From an uncultured Candidatus Saccharibacteria bacterium (lineage in GTDB: Bacteria; Patescibacteriota; Minisyncoccia; Phycocordibacterales; CAIRYW01), in contig CAYUPH010000001.1 in NCBI GenBank assembly GCA_964446625.1, forward strand, positions 6,283 through 70,282: a stretch of 64,000 bases of DNA, read 5' to 3'. Positions 55,653 through 64,000 of this stretch are shown here, piece after piece. Numbering within the stretch: the first letter of the stretch is position 1; every line of letters begins with the position of its first letter. A program made the translations under genes and the position numbers. The notes below the pieces were generated by a model. It was not told the DNA's origin, ran no database searches, and worked only from the letters and a program-made list of their open reading frames with translations.

Positions 55653-56382
55653 TCGCTTTTTTAATTAAGTCAGCAAACTTCTTTACAGTAAGACTCGCTC
55701 GTCCAACAAGAAATCCTGAAACACCAGGAATTGCGAGTGTTCTAATGTTTTTCGCATCTACTGATCCTCCATAAATAATTTTTGTTTTCTTTGCACCCTC
55801 CCCTGCAATGTCAGTCAGTACCTTTTGAAGAAACATAACAGCCTCTGACAAGTCTTCCGCCTCGATTACTTTTCCCTCTGTACCGATTGCCCATTTTGGC
55901 TCGTAAGCCAAGATAATATTCTTTACTGAGTTTTTTGGTACACCCTCTAGACATTCATGCAGATCATCTCGGAGATTATTATAAAACAGTCCGTCCATAT
56001 CTCTTTCACTTTCTCCGATACACACAATTGGTGTAAGCCCTGCTTTAAGTGCATTTTTAATTTTTATACCAACTGTCTCATTCGTCTCTCCGAGAGTGCG
56101 TCTTTCAGAGTGCCCAATAATAACATATTCGGCACCACCAGTTTTTGCCATCTTTGCTGTTACTTCACCTGTTCGCGCTCCAGCTTCATACCGACTAATA
56201 TCCTGAACACCGAAAGAAACTCTGGGCAAAACAGCATGAAGCCCCTGCAAAAAAAATGCTGGCGGGCAGATGACCACTTTAGCCGCTTTCGGAAAAGAGG
56301 TTTTTTTAAAATCCTTAGCAAAACTAAGTGCTTCTTTGTAATTTTCTGGATTAGCTTTCCAGTTGGCTATAAAAATACTCAT
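55639..56382 (-). CDS. tpiA: Triosephosphate isomerase
   Basis: ANWK, GHSERR, AYEPKWAIGT, YGGSV, GFLVGRASL. Confidence 0.97.
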   Translation of the reverse strand: MSIFIANWKANPENYKEALSFAKDFKKTSFPKAAKVVICPPAFFLQGLHAVLPRVSFGVQDISRYEAGARTGEVTAKMAKTGGAEYVIIGHSERRTLGETNETVGIKIKNALKAGLTPIVCIGESERDMDGLFYNNLRDDLHECLEGVPKNSVKNIILAYEPKWAIGTEGKVIEAEDLSEAVMFLQKVLTDIAGEGAKKTKIIYGGSVDAKNIRTLAIPGVSGFLVGRASLTVKKFADLIKKASEKS

Positions 56383-56422
56383 GTGCCAATTATACGGCAA
56401 CTTGGACTATATTTGAAGGTGT

Positions 56423-58429
56423 TTAGCCAGAAACCTCGTCCCAGTTCTCTACAACCCAGGAACTTGAGTCGCCCGATCCAAAATCAATGTTTGTTAGTCC
56501 AGAATCATAGATAACTGTGGAGCCTCCGCCTATATAAAGCTCTTTTGCAGTGACTTGTTTTAGTGTTGATCCTCCTGTAATACTTACTTTTCCGTTTGGT
56601 GCATAGACGATAACGGCTCCAGAGCCTCCACTAATATTGACCGCATCAACTCCCCCTCCACAGCTTCCAGGACAAGTACTCAGGCTTGCGATCATAAGAT
56701 AACTTCCCGATGTACCTGACCCGTTAAAATAACCTCCTCCTGAGGTGTCTGCTCTCCCATCAGTTAAAATAAGTCCGTCTGCGGCGCCTACTGAAGAATC
56801 CAGAGTGATGTAAGAACCGCCAGAGAGAGTTATATTTCCAACCGACCAAAGAGTATCTTTGGCATAGTAGTGTGCTCCTCCTGTAACAGTTGTCGTTCCT
56901 CCGACTTTTGTCTTTCCCGCAGTTAAACTATTCGAACCTACAGAAAGATTACCTCCTACCTGTAGCGAATTTGCTGTCATTGTCGCTCCCCCTGTTACAG
57001 TAAGGTTTCCTGTGACATATAGATCTCCAAAAACTGCCGCTCCTCCTCCGTTAATAGTGAGATTTCCATTTATTCTTCGCAAACTAGTTGTGGTTGTCCC
57101 CGCGTACCCAATTGTAAGGTCTCCGGTTTTTGTCCACCCTCCGCTTATAGCATTTATAGCATCAGTTACTAGCGTTTTCCATTCAGTAATATTTGCATCA
57201 GAGATTGGGTAGCTCAAAACAGGAGCACTGGTTTGAAAAGTACAACTTTTTGCAGCTCCACCTGAAAGCGCATATACATAGGTATTGTTTTGACAGTATA
57301 AATTCCCTGCCACATCTGCGTTTGTTACTTCATACGCCCACGCATTTCCTGTTGTTCCGGTTCCTATTCTAATTCTATTGTATTGACCAAGGCCTTGAAT
57401 CTTACTAATTACTCCTCCTACATAGACATCAAAAATCATATCTCCGTTTGATGGTGAAACACTACTCCATGTTCCTCCACTTGACGCATTCCAACTACCC
57501 GACTTTGCAACACCATTAGCATACGTACCGTTTGTAACCTTTGTTGAATAATACTTCGTGTTGTGGTTTGTCCCGTAATCAAGCACTAACCAGTACTGTA
57601 CACCGGGAGTAAGTGTAAGTGTTGTAGAAAGCGGAACAGGAACATAATCAAAGGTTGTTGAAACCGATGAAGCTAAAATTGTTTTTGTTGTAAGTGTTGT
57701 ACCTCCAGGATTTGACCCATTGTTTGATACAATTCGCATTGTAAGATCACTTACTCCGCCCGTTTTCTTTAGGTACACTCTCACAAATGAAACTGCAGTT
57801 GTCGTTGAAACTTGAAATCCTTGTGCAATATCTTGAAGAGCTGAAGTTTTTCCGAAATCTACAGTCGTTGTTGTGGTATCAGTATTACTCTGATGGAGTA
57901 CAGGGTCTGCATCATTTGCCACAGTTGCAGAGCCAGTAATAATTGCTGCGGCGCTTTGCATAATTATATTTCCATTAGAGTACACACTTCCGTTTATTGT
58001 CCCACTACTAATTGTGATTCCTCCTGTTCCTATCTGTGCAGTGTAGTTCAGGGACACACCTGCTCCTCGAGAAAACCTTCCACTCGAAGACCGAACAGGA
58101 ATACCTGCATCTCCTGTAGCCATAATTTCAGTTGCTCCTTCTGCGTTTGTTGTCACAATAGCACTCGAGGTAATTCCAGAAGAAAATGCAAGCACAAAAC
58201 TTGTGGGAAGAGTCCAACCATTATTCAGTCGGTATAAAGCATCCTCTGTTGCTGAATCAGCAGCAAGATAACTTTGTCTTGATTTAAACGCCTCACGAGC
58301 GGAACGAATTTGGTTCGATGCAGGAACCACAATACCGATAATAAGCACTGAGGAGATAATAATAAAAAGAAGAAGCGCCATCATGACAACCATACCTTTT
58401 TTTGTATCTTTTCTTTCTTTTGTTTGCAT
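56423..58429 (-). CDS. Large PilX/GspK-like minor pilin with beta-sandwich insert and Gly-rich beta-helix C-terminus
   Basis: KKG|MVVMM prepilin lacking Glu5, QSYLAADSATEDALYRL, repeated GNLTV/GDLTI turns. Confidence 0.82.
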   Translation of the reverse strand: MQTKERKDTKKGMVVMMALLLFIIISSVLIIGIVVPASNQIRSAREAFKSRQSYLAADSATEDALYRLNNGWTLPTSFVLAFSSGITSSAIVTTNAEGATEIMATGDAGIPVRSSSGRFSRGAGVSLNYTAQIGTGGITISSGTINGSVYSNGNIIMQSAAAIITGSATVANDADPVLHQSNTDTTTTTVDFGKTSALQDIAQGFQVSTTTAVSFVRVYLKKTGGVSDLTMRIVSNNGSNPGGTTLTTKTILASSVSTTFDYVPVPLSTTLTLTPGVQYWLVLDYGTNHNTKYYSTKVTNGTYANGVAKSGSWNASSGGTWSSVSPSNGDMIFDVYVGGVISKIQGLGQYNRIRIGTGTTGNAWAYEVTNADVAGNLYCQNNTYVYALSGGAAKSCTFQTSAPVLSYPISDANITEWKTLVTDAINAISGGWTKTGDLTIGYAGTTTTSLRRINGNLTINGGGAAVFGDLYVTGNLTVTGGATMTANSLQVGGNLSVGSNSLTAGKTKVGGTTTVTGGAHYYAKDTLWSVGNITLSGGSYITLDSSVGAADGLILTDGRADTSGGGYFNGSGTSGSYLMIASLSTCPGSCGGGVDAVNISGGSGAVIVYAPNGKVSITGGSTLKQVTAKELYIGGGSTVIYDSGLTNIDFGSGDSSSWVVENWDEVSG

Positions 58430-58430
58430 A

Positions 58431-58976
58431 TTATTGATATGAACCCCTAAGAACTGCTGTATCATAGAAGTTTTCAATCTTGTCTGGATTGTCGTTTGGA
58501 TTTATAGCAAGCTGAATTTTAAGAGCCTCGCTTACAGTACTCACTGAGTGTCTAAAACGAAGAGATTGGATTTCGGTCCGACTTGAGGTAATAGGTCCCG
58601 TAAGTACACCATCTTCTTCGAGCATGAGCTGTCCATTTGAAATATAAAATCGCACGGAGTGCGGAGAGCCTGATATCATTTTATTTAACTTAAGAACTCC
58701 AAGCTCTGGATCACAACCATCGCGAAACGGAGGATCATACAGGCATGAGCTCGAAGTGTCCACAGAACTTGCTGATCGAATTTCTCTTATCATTCGGTCC
58801 ATGGCAGCAATTGCAGAAGTCTCGATACGAGTAACATCTTTTGCGTCAGAAAAACTACGCAGTAAACTTGAGGAAGCATAGGTAACCGCAGAAATAAAAA
58901 CAGAAAGTAGAGCAACATACACTATCGCTTCAACAAGAGAGTATCCTTTTTTAATTTGAGAAGATGTTTGTAACAT
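58431..58976 (-). CDS. PilW/GspJ-like minor pilin
   Basis: KKG|YSLVEAIVYVALL, RMIREIRSA. Confidence 0.85.
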   Translation of the reverse strand: MLQTSSQIKKGYSLVEAIVYVALLSVFISAVTYASSSLLRSFSDAKDVTRIETSAIAAMDRMIREIRSASSVDTSSSCLYDPPFRDGCDPELGVLKLNKMISGSPHSVRFYISNGQLMLEEDGVLTGPITSSRTEIQSLRFRHSVSTVSEALKIQLAINPNDNPDKIENFYDTAVLRGSYQ

Positions 58977-59427
58977 ACGCTTCCATTGATTTTGTACTTG
59001 TTGCCGACCCATCTTTCCAAGCAACCGTCACAGTTACTTTTTTTGTGTTTGAATCAACCGTTCCACCGCTCGTGACTATGTCATGATTTCCATCACGGCT
59101 TACAGCAGATAAAACAAATGTCCTATCGAAAGTACCATCTACAAAAGTATTTGTTGTCGTAGCTTGCCAATGACTATTTGACCACGCAAGTCTATACGAA
59201 GTTCCATTAGAAAGTGAAGAGATGTAAGAAGCGTACCCAAAATCTCTCATATTTTTTAGTGCCTCGATTCCCTCTTCCGCAAGAAATGCTGCTTGTAGTT
59301 GAGCTGTATTTTTTTGAGTAGCAACAAGCGCAATAGCATACGAAGAAAAAATTGATACTACAACCAAAAGTAGTATTGATGACGCTATTACTATTTCAAC
59401 AACTGAAAATCCTTTTTGGTTTTTCAT
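58951..59427 (-). CDS. PilV/GspI-like minor pilin
   Basis: KG|FSVVEIVIA, AAFLAEEGIEA, KKVTVTVAW. Confidence 0.87.
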   Translation of the reverse strand: MKNQKGFSVVEIVIASSILLLVVVSIFSSYAIALVATQKNTAQLQAAFLAEEGIEALKNMRDFGYASYISSLSNGTSYRLAWSNSHWQATTTNTFVDGTFDRTFVLSAVSRDGNHDIVTSGGTVDSNTKKVTVTVAWKDGSATSTKSMEAYVTNIFSN

Positions 59428-59438
59428 GTAACTTCACT

Positions 59439-59903
59439 TTATTGTACCTCAGAAAGCCCTGTGCCGTAAATTGTTATTGTCTTTGTATCTCCACTTTGAT
59501 TTCTAATAGTAATGCTTCCCGTTGCACTTGGTTCACCACTTAGCTTATTAAAATAAAAATTCGTTGCTCCATTTGAAAGACTTACTCCAGAAATCGTATG
59601 CCCACCAGACAAAGTGTAAACAGATGAACTAGCGGCGGTAACTGCACTTGTACCGTAGTAGATCGTAACCGTACTGGATGCAAATGATACACCATGCGCC
59701 TCAAGGTTTAGTGAGTTAATTGCATTTGTCCTTGTTCTATTTATGTATGAGAGCACTACCTCAGCTTCTTTATCGAGCGTCTTTGTATTGGAAATAGTCC
59801 TAAAGCTAGAAACAGAAATACCTGTAAGGATCCCAAGGATTGCAACTACCATAAGAATCTCTATGAGCGTTATTCCTCTTTTAAAATTAGTTTTTGAAAA
59901 CAT
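59439..59903 (-). CDS. FimT/GspH-like minor pilin
   Basis: RG|ITLIEILMVVAILGIL, FNKLSG. Confidence 0.87.
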   Translation of the reverse strand: MFSKTNFKRGITLIEILMVVAILGILTGISVSSFRTISNTKTLDKEAEVVLSYINRTRTNAINSLNLEAHGVSFASSTVTIYYGTSAVTAASSSVYTLSGGHTISGVSLSNGATNFYFNKLSGEPSATGSITIRNQSGDTKTITIYGTGLSEVQ

Positions 59904-59907
59904 GTTT

Positions 59908-61122
59908 TTATTTTACACCATTTAATACAGAGTACATTGGTGTAATCATTGAAAAAACAAAGAACCCGACCGCAACACCAATAATAATCATAAGAACCGG
60001 CTCAATGATTGTTGAAAGATCTTTTGTTTTTTGGTCTACTTCTAACTCATAGAACTCCGCAACCTCTTTTAGCATTTGTGCCATGTTTCCCGTTTCTTCT
60101 CCCACACTCATCATTTCCGCAATAAAGGGCGGATAAAGCTTTGGGTAACGAAGGAAAACTTCTGAAACTGGGAGCCCCTTCTCGACTGCGTTTTTAGCTT
60201 CAAGAAGAACAAGTTTGTAGTGTCCATTTTGAAGAACCTCACTTGTTATCTCAACCGCTCTCACAACTGGCACACCAGAGGAGAGGAGTGATGAGAGAGT
60301 TCGAGCACTTCGAGCCGTATTTGTCTCAATCACTATATTCCCAATAACAGGTACCTTCACAAAAACAGTATCAAGAATCTTTTTACCGGCCTTTGTTTTA
60401 AACGCTGAAACAATTCCAAAAACTACAAGAACCAGGAGAAGAATTGCTAAAACATAATGATTCTTCAGAAAATCACTTGCTCCAATAATCATTTTTGTTG
60501 TTGGTGGAAGTTCAACACCGAGCTCAATAAACGTCTGAGAAAGACTTGGAACAACAATAGTAAGCATGAGAACTCCGACTCCTGCCATAAGAGTAAGAAT
60601 AACGCATGGATAAATCATTGCTCCTCTAACTTTTCGAACAAGATTGTAGTTCTTTTCCATCTGCATTGATACAAGAAGGAGAGACTCCGAGAGAGACCCG
60701 CTCTCCTCTCCTGCTTTTACCATTGAAACAAAAAGAGCATTAAACACCTTGGGGTAAATCGCCATGCTTTCATTTAAAGTTTTTCCTTCTGCGACACTTG
60801 TCTGTAAACCAGTTAAGACTTCTTTAAATATTTTTGTTTTTGTCTGTCTTCCAATTACCTCGAGCGCTCTTGAGAGAGCAAGACCCGCTTTGAGCATCGA
60901 ACCCAAATTTCGAGCAAAGTTTACTTTGTCGTGCATTGAAACTCCACTTCCAAAAGTAATATGTGCAAGTGAAAAAGTTTTCTCGTTTACTTCTTCAATT
61001 TTTGTTGGAAGTATCGCATCTTTTTTTAGTTCGTGAAAAAGCGCGAATTTATTTTCCGCTTCACGTGTTACTTCTACCTCCTCACCGCTTGGTCCTTTAA
61101 AATGAACTCTATACTTTTGCAT
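59908..61122 (-). CDS. pilC: Type IV pilus inner-membrane platform protein
   Basis: MVKAGEESGSL, GAMIYP, VGEETG, IIEP. Confidence 0.93.
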   Translation of the reverse strand: MQKYRVHFKGPSGEEVEVTREAENKFALFHELKKDAILPTKIEEVNEKTFSLAHITFGSGVSMHDKVNFARNLGSMLKAGLALSRALEVIGRQTKTKIFKEVLTGLQTSVAEGKTLNESMAIYPKVFNALFVSMVKAGEESGSLSESLLLVSMQMEKNYNLVRKVRGAMIYPCVILTLMAGVGVLMLTIVVPSLSQTFIELGVELPPTTKMIIGASDFLKNHYVLAILLLVLVVFGIVSAFKTKAGKKILDTVFVKVPVIGNIVIETNTARSARTLSSLLSSGVPVVRAVEITSEVLQNGHYKLVLLEAKNAVEKGLPVSEVFLRYPKLYPPFIAEMMSVGEETGNMAQMLKEVAEFYELEVDQKTKDLSTIIEPVLMIIIGVAVGFFVFSMITPMYSVLNGVK

Positions 61123-61126
61123 TATT

Positions 61127-62881
61127 TTACTCAGAAATTACACGAAGCACTTCCTCGATAGTTGTAATTCCTTGAACAGCTTTAACAATTCCATCTTCAA
61201 TCATAGTGAGCATTCCTTCTTTTTTTGCTTGTGTCTCAATTTCTGCCGCTGTTCCCCCTTTCATTACTATATCTCTAATTGAAGGAGTCATTTTTAGAAC
61301 TTCGTGAATACCAATTCGTCCATGAAAACCATCCGCACATTCGAGTGTAATATTTGGTTTCCAGAATTGAACAGTTGCCCAAGTTGCACCACTGTCTACA
61401 ATTTTTTCTGTCTTCATCGTGGTGAGAACTTTTTCTAAATCAATTTTTTTTCCTAGATTCTCAAGTTCTGCAGGAGAAAGTACATATTTTTCTTTCGGCT
61501 TTTCAAGTCTACGAATAAGTCGCTGTCCTACAACAACGTTTAATGTTGAAACAAGAAGAAAAGACTCTGCATGCATATCAAGAAGCCTTGGAATTGCTCC
61601 TGCTGCTGAGTTAGTGTGGAGAGTTGAAAGCACAAGATGTCCCGTGAGGGCTGCATTGATTGCAAGAGATGCTGTCTCATTGTCTCGAATTTCCCCCACC
61701 ATAATAATATCGGGGTCCTGTCTTACGAGAGACCGAAGTCCTGACGCAAATGTAAATCCAATTTCTGGTTTTACTTGTGTCTGGTTTACCCTTTTCATCT
61801 GGTACTCAACCGGGTCTTCAATTGTTGAAATATTTACATCTGGAGTGTTTAGAATATCAAGAATTGTATAGAGTGTGGTTGTCTTTCCGCTACCTGTTGG
61901 TCCAGTTGTTAAAATCATACCAGTTGTGAGCTTAGTTGCATCGTGAATCCTCTCGAGTCCTTCTCCAAAAAAACCAAGAGATTCTAACGTAAAACCAGAT
62001 ACATTTTCTCGAAGAAGTCGCATTACTGTTTTTTCTCCAAAATATGTAGGAAGAATAGACACACGAAATGCTACCTTCTCATTGTTCATGTCCACCTTAA
62101 ACCGTCCATCTTGAGGAAGTCTTTTCTCATCGAGCTTTAAGTTTGAAAGCACTTTAATACGCGCCGTGATTCCAGAACCTGCAATTTTAGGAAGAACCAT
62201 TGCATCTTGAAGAAGCCCGTCAATTCTGTATCGAACAATGACTTCATTTTCGTAGGGCTCAATATGTATGTCTGACGCATCTTGAAGAATTGCATGCTTA
62301 AGAAGTGTATCAACAATACGCACCACCGGCAGATCCTCTGCCATCTTTTTTAGATCCGTTTCACTCTCATCCCCTCCCTCAATTTCAGAAGCGATTGCTT
62401 TTATATTTCCAGATTCCTTTTGAATAATATCTCCGAAGTCCGCCTTTAAACTCTTTTGGTATTGAAGAAGTGCAGATTTGATCGACTCTACACTAGTAAG
62501 CCTCGGCAAAATCTTGAGACCAGTTTTTTTCTTTACAAAATCAATTGCAGAGAGGTCGTCAGTATCAAGCATCGCAACCTGGAGACCGTCATTGTTTTTT
62601 CGAAAAGCAACAATGTTGTGATTTCGAGCAATAGGCTCAGGAATGAGAGACACGATTCCAAAATCTAGTTTTTCGTCCTTTAAATCAACAAATGGAATCC
62701 CGAGTATGTAAGCCTGCATTCTCCGTAGGTCTTCGTCGGAAATCTTTCCTTTCGTCACAAGAGCAGTTCCCACCGAAACATCTTTGTCTTTTGCTTCTTT
62801 TTCTGCAGATTCAAAATCAGGTTTTGATACCAAACCAGAATCCAAAATAAATTCAGAGAGTTGCTTCTCGTTAATAAACAT
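61127..62881 (-). CDS. pilB: Type IV pilus assembly ATPase (PilB/GspE)
   Basis: ASDIHIEP, PQDGR, TGPTGSGKTTTLY, TIEDPVEY, RQDPDIIMVGEIRD, TGHLVLSTLHTN. Confidence 0.95.
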   Translation of the reverse strand: MFINEKQLSEFILDSGLVSKPDFESAEKEAKDKDVSVGTALVTKGKISDEDLRRMQAYILGIPFVDLKDEKLDFGIVSLIPEPIARNHNIVAFRKNNDGLQVAMLDTDDLSAIDFVKKKTGLKILPRLTSVESIKSALLQYQKSLKADFGDIIQKESGNIKAIASEIEGGDESETDLKKMAEDLPVVRIVDTLLKHAILQDASDIHIEPYENEVIVRYRIDGLLQDAMVLPKIAGSGITARIKVLSNLKLDEKRLPQDGRFKVDMNNEKVAFRVSILPTYFGEKTVMRLLRENVSGFTLESLGFFGEGLERIHDATKLTTGMILTTGPTGSGKTTTLYTILDILNTPDVNISTIEDPVEYQMKRVNQTQVKPEIGFTFASGLRSLVRQDPDIIMVGEIRDNETASLAINAALTGHLVLSTLHTNSAAGAIPRLLDMHAESFLLVSTLNVVVGQRLIRRLEKPKEKYVLSPAELENLGKKIDLEKVLTTMKTEKIVDSGATWATVQFWKPNITLECADGFHGRIGIHEVLKMTPSIRDIVMKGGTAAEIETQAKKEGMLTMIEDGIVKAVQGITTIEEVLRVISE

Positions 62882-62936
62882 ACATATATTATAAATTCAA
62901 AAACTCAATTTCGAAAGGTAAAACTAGGTAAAACAA

Positions 62937-62965
62937 AAAGCGCCCGAGCTTCGCTCGGGCGCTTT
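62937..62965 (-). terminator. Terminator
   Basis: AAAGCGCCCGAGC-ttc-GCTCGGGCGCTTT. Confidence 0.75.
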
Positions 62966-62968
62966 CCT

Positions 62969-64000
62969 TTATTTATTCCAGAAAATAATCGCTCCCACTG
63001 CCTTTGTAAATCCATTTTTTAGTTTCTGTAGGAAACTTGTCTCTACATTACTTGGATTTATGTAACAAGTCGCACTTGCTGTTTGCGATGCCCCTACTTT
63101 TACTCCGTTCTTATCTTCCTGCCAACACTCAAGTGTGTAAGTTGTTTCAGCTTGGAGACCAACTGCAGTATATACTCCGTTACTGTACGGACCAGCTTCA
63201 GAAGGGTTGCTCGGATGGAATTTAAATATGGTCTGTGCAGGCGTTTTAAATGCACATACTGTATCACTGTTGTAACTTTGCGCACCGAAGCTTCCTGCAA
63301 AAGAAATCGAACAGTTCTCTCCTTTATTGATTCGAAGTGGTGACGCAGCAATTGGATTCAGTGCAACTGTACAAGCAGGATTTGGGTTAGCTGGATCTAT
63401 TATGAGACACTCATTTTGACACACACCTCCAGAAGGTAGTGGGTCTCCATTTGGACAAGTTGTCGGTGGTGTTGGACCAGGCCCGTTATGTCCATTCCCC
63501 CCTCCACAACTTCCACTAACACAAGGACATTCACCACTTGCAGGAACAGGTGTCGTTGTTCCTGGACAGAAGTTATCTCCCCCTCCCGAACAGGTAGCTG
63601 GCACAGTGACAGAGAACTCTGAACTTGTCACTTCTCCGCCACTGTTTGATGAGACAACTTTATAATAGTATGTGTTTCCAAGTACTACGTTATTATCGAA
63701 CTCAGAATAGCTATTTGATTCAACTTCTAGTGAACTTTGGCTTATGGTAAGTATTGGACTTCCTAGATTAGGTGTAAATCCACTTGTTGTACCTCGATAT
63801 ACTTTATGTGTTACTGGAACTGTTCCAGATTGTGCATGTGCTAACAATCCCACCTTAGGGCTTGTACCCGAACACCATGCTGCTGCAGTAGTAGTTATTC
63901 CTTGCGGTGTAATAATACAGCTTGGTGTTCTGACTTCTACCGTTGGTGAAGTTGGCGCGGTTCCTACACTGTTTGTTGCAACAACTCGGTAGTAGTATGT
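62969..64000 (-). CDS. Fibronectin type III repeat, Cys-rich surface protein (5' end beyond window)
   Basis: Frame open to 64000: TYYYRVVATNSVG and VYRGTTSGFTP...TYYYKVVSSN FN3 signatures, then Cys/Gly/Pro-rich segment. Confidence 0.85.
   Translation of the reverse strand, partial: TYYYRVVATNSVGTAPTSPTVEVRTPSCIITPQGITTTAAAWCSGTSPKVGLLAHAQSGTVPVTHKVYRGTTSGFTPNLGSPILTISQSSLEVESNSYSEFDNNVVLGNTYYYKVVSSNSGGEVTSSEFSVTVPATCSGGGDNFCPGTTTPVPASGECPCVSGSCGGGNGHNGPGPTPPTTCPNGDPLPSGGVCQNECLIIDPANPNPACTVALNPIAASPLRINKGENCSISFAGSFGAQSYNSDTVCAFKTPAQTIFKFHPSNPSEAGPYSNGVYTAVGLQAETTYTLECWQEDKNGVKVGASQTASATCYINPSNVETSFLQKLKNGFTKAVGAIIFWNK

Noticed and set aside
1-64000. CRISPR array, rRNA, introns, or UGA recoding (code 25)
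   Set aside because: No regularly spaced direct repeats or rRNA signatures were seen. All conserved genes are uninterrupted in code 11 and use TGG for Trp.

Overview
64 kb of an AT-rich bacterial chromosome, most consistent with Patescibacteria (CPR, Parcubacteria-like), translated in standard code 11. Supporting signs: no uL30 gene between rpsE and rplO, rplJL without adjacent rplKA, a type IV pilus cluster, split comEC, a VirD4/HerA-like ATPase and few clear Shine-Dalgarno sites. Left to right: (1) the end of a more GC-rich island with a large serine recombinase and three cargo genes, abutting the 3' end of tRNA-Ser(GCT); (2) an unknown enzyme coupled to an ATP-grasp ligase, then a CPHC thioredoxin, dsbB and recG; (3) tRNA-Ile with a UAU anticodon, ftsH, tmRNA followed by an array of hairpin elements built from its own 3' end, and smpB; (4) infC-rpmI-rplT, a very short 6S-like RNA, ndk and the ATPase; (5) the str/S10/spc ribosomal cluster, broken into separately promoted pieces with inserted surface-protein genes, one with Verrucomicrobia-like features; (6) comEC, sod, rnhA, recJ, pgk, tpiA and pilus genes. 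Best candidates for new biology: the unknown enzyme + ATP-grasp pair (remote BshC-like motifs), the dispersed three-way-junction repeats, tRNA-Ile(UAU), the minimal 6S RNA, pervasive leaderless promoters and a Pro deletion in the uS12 accuracy loop. All family calls come from motifs recognised by eye; no database was searched.
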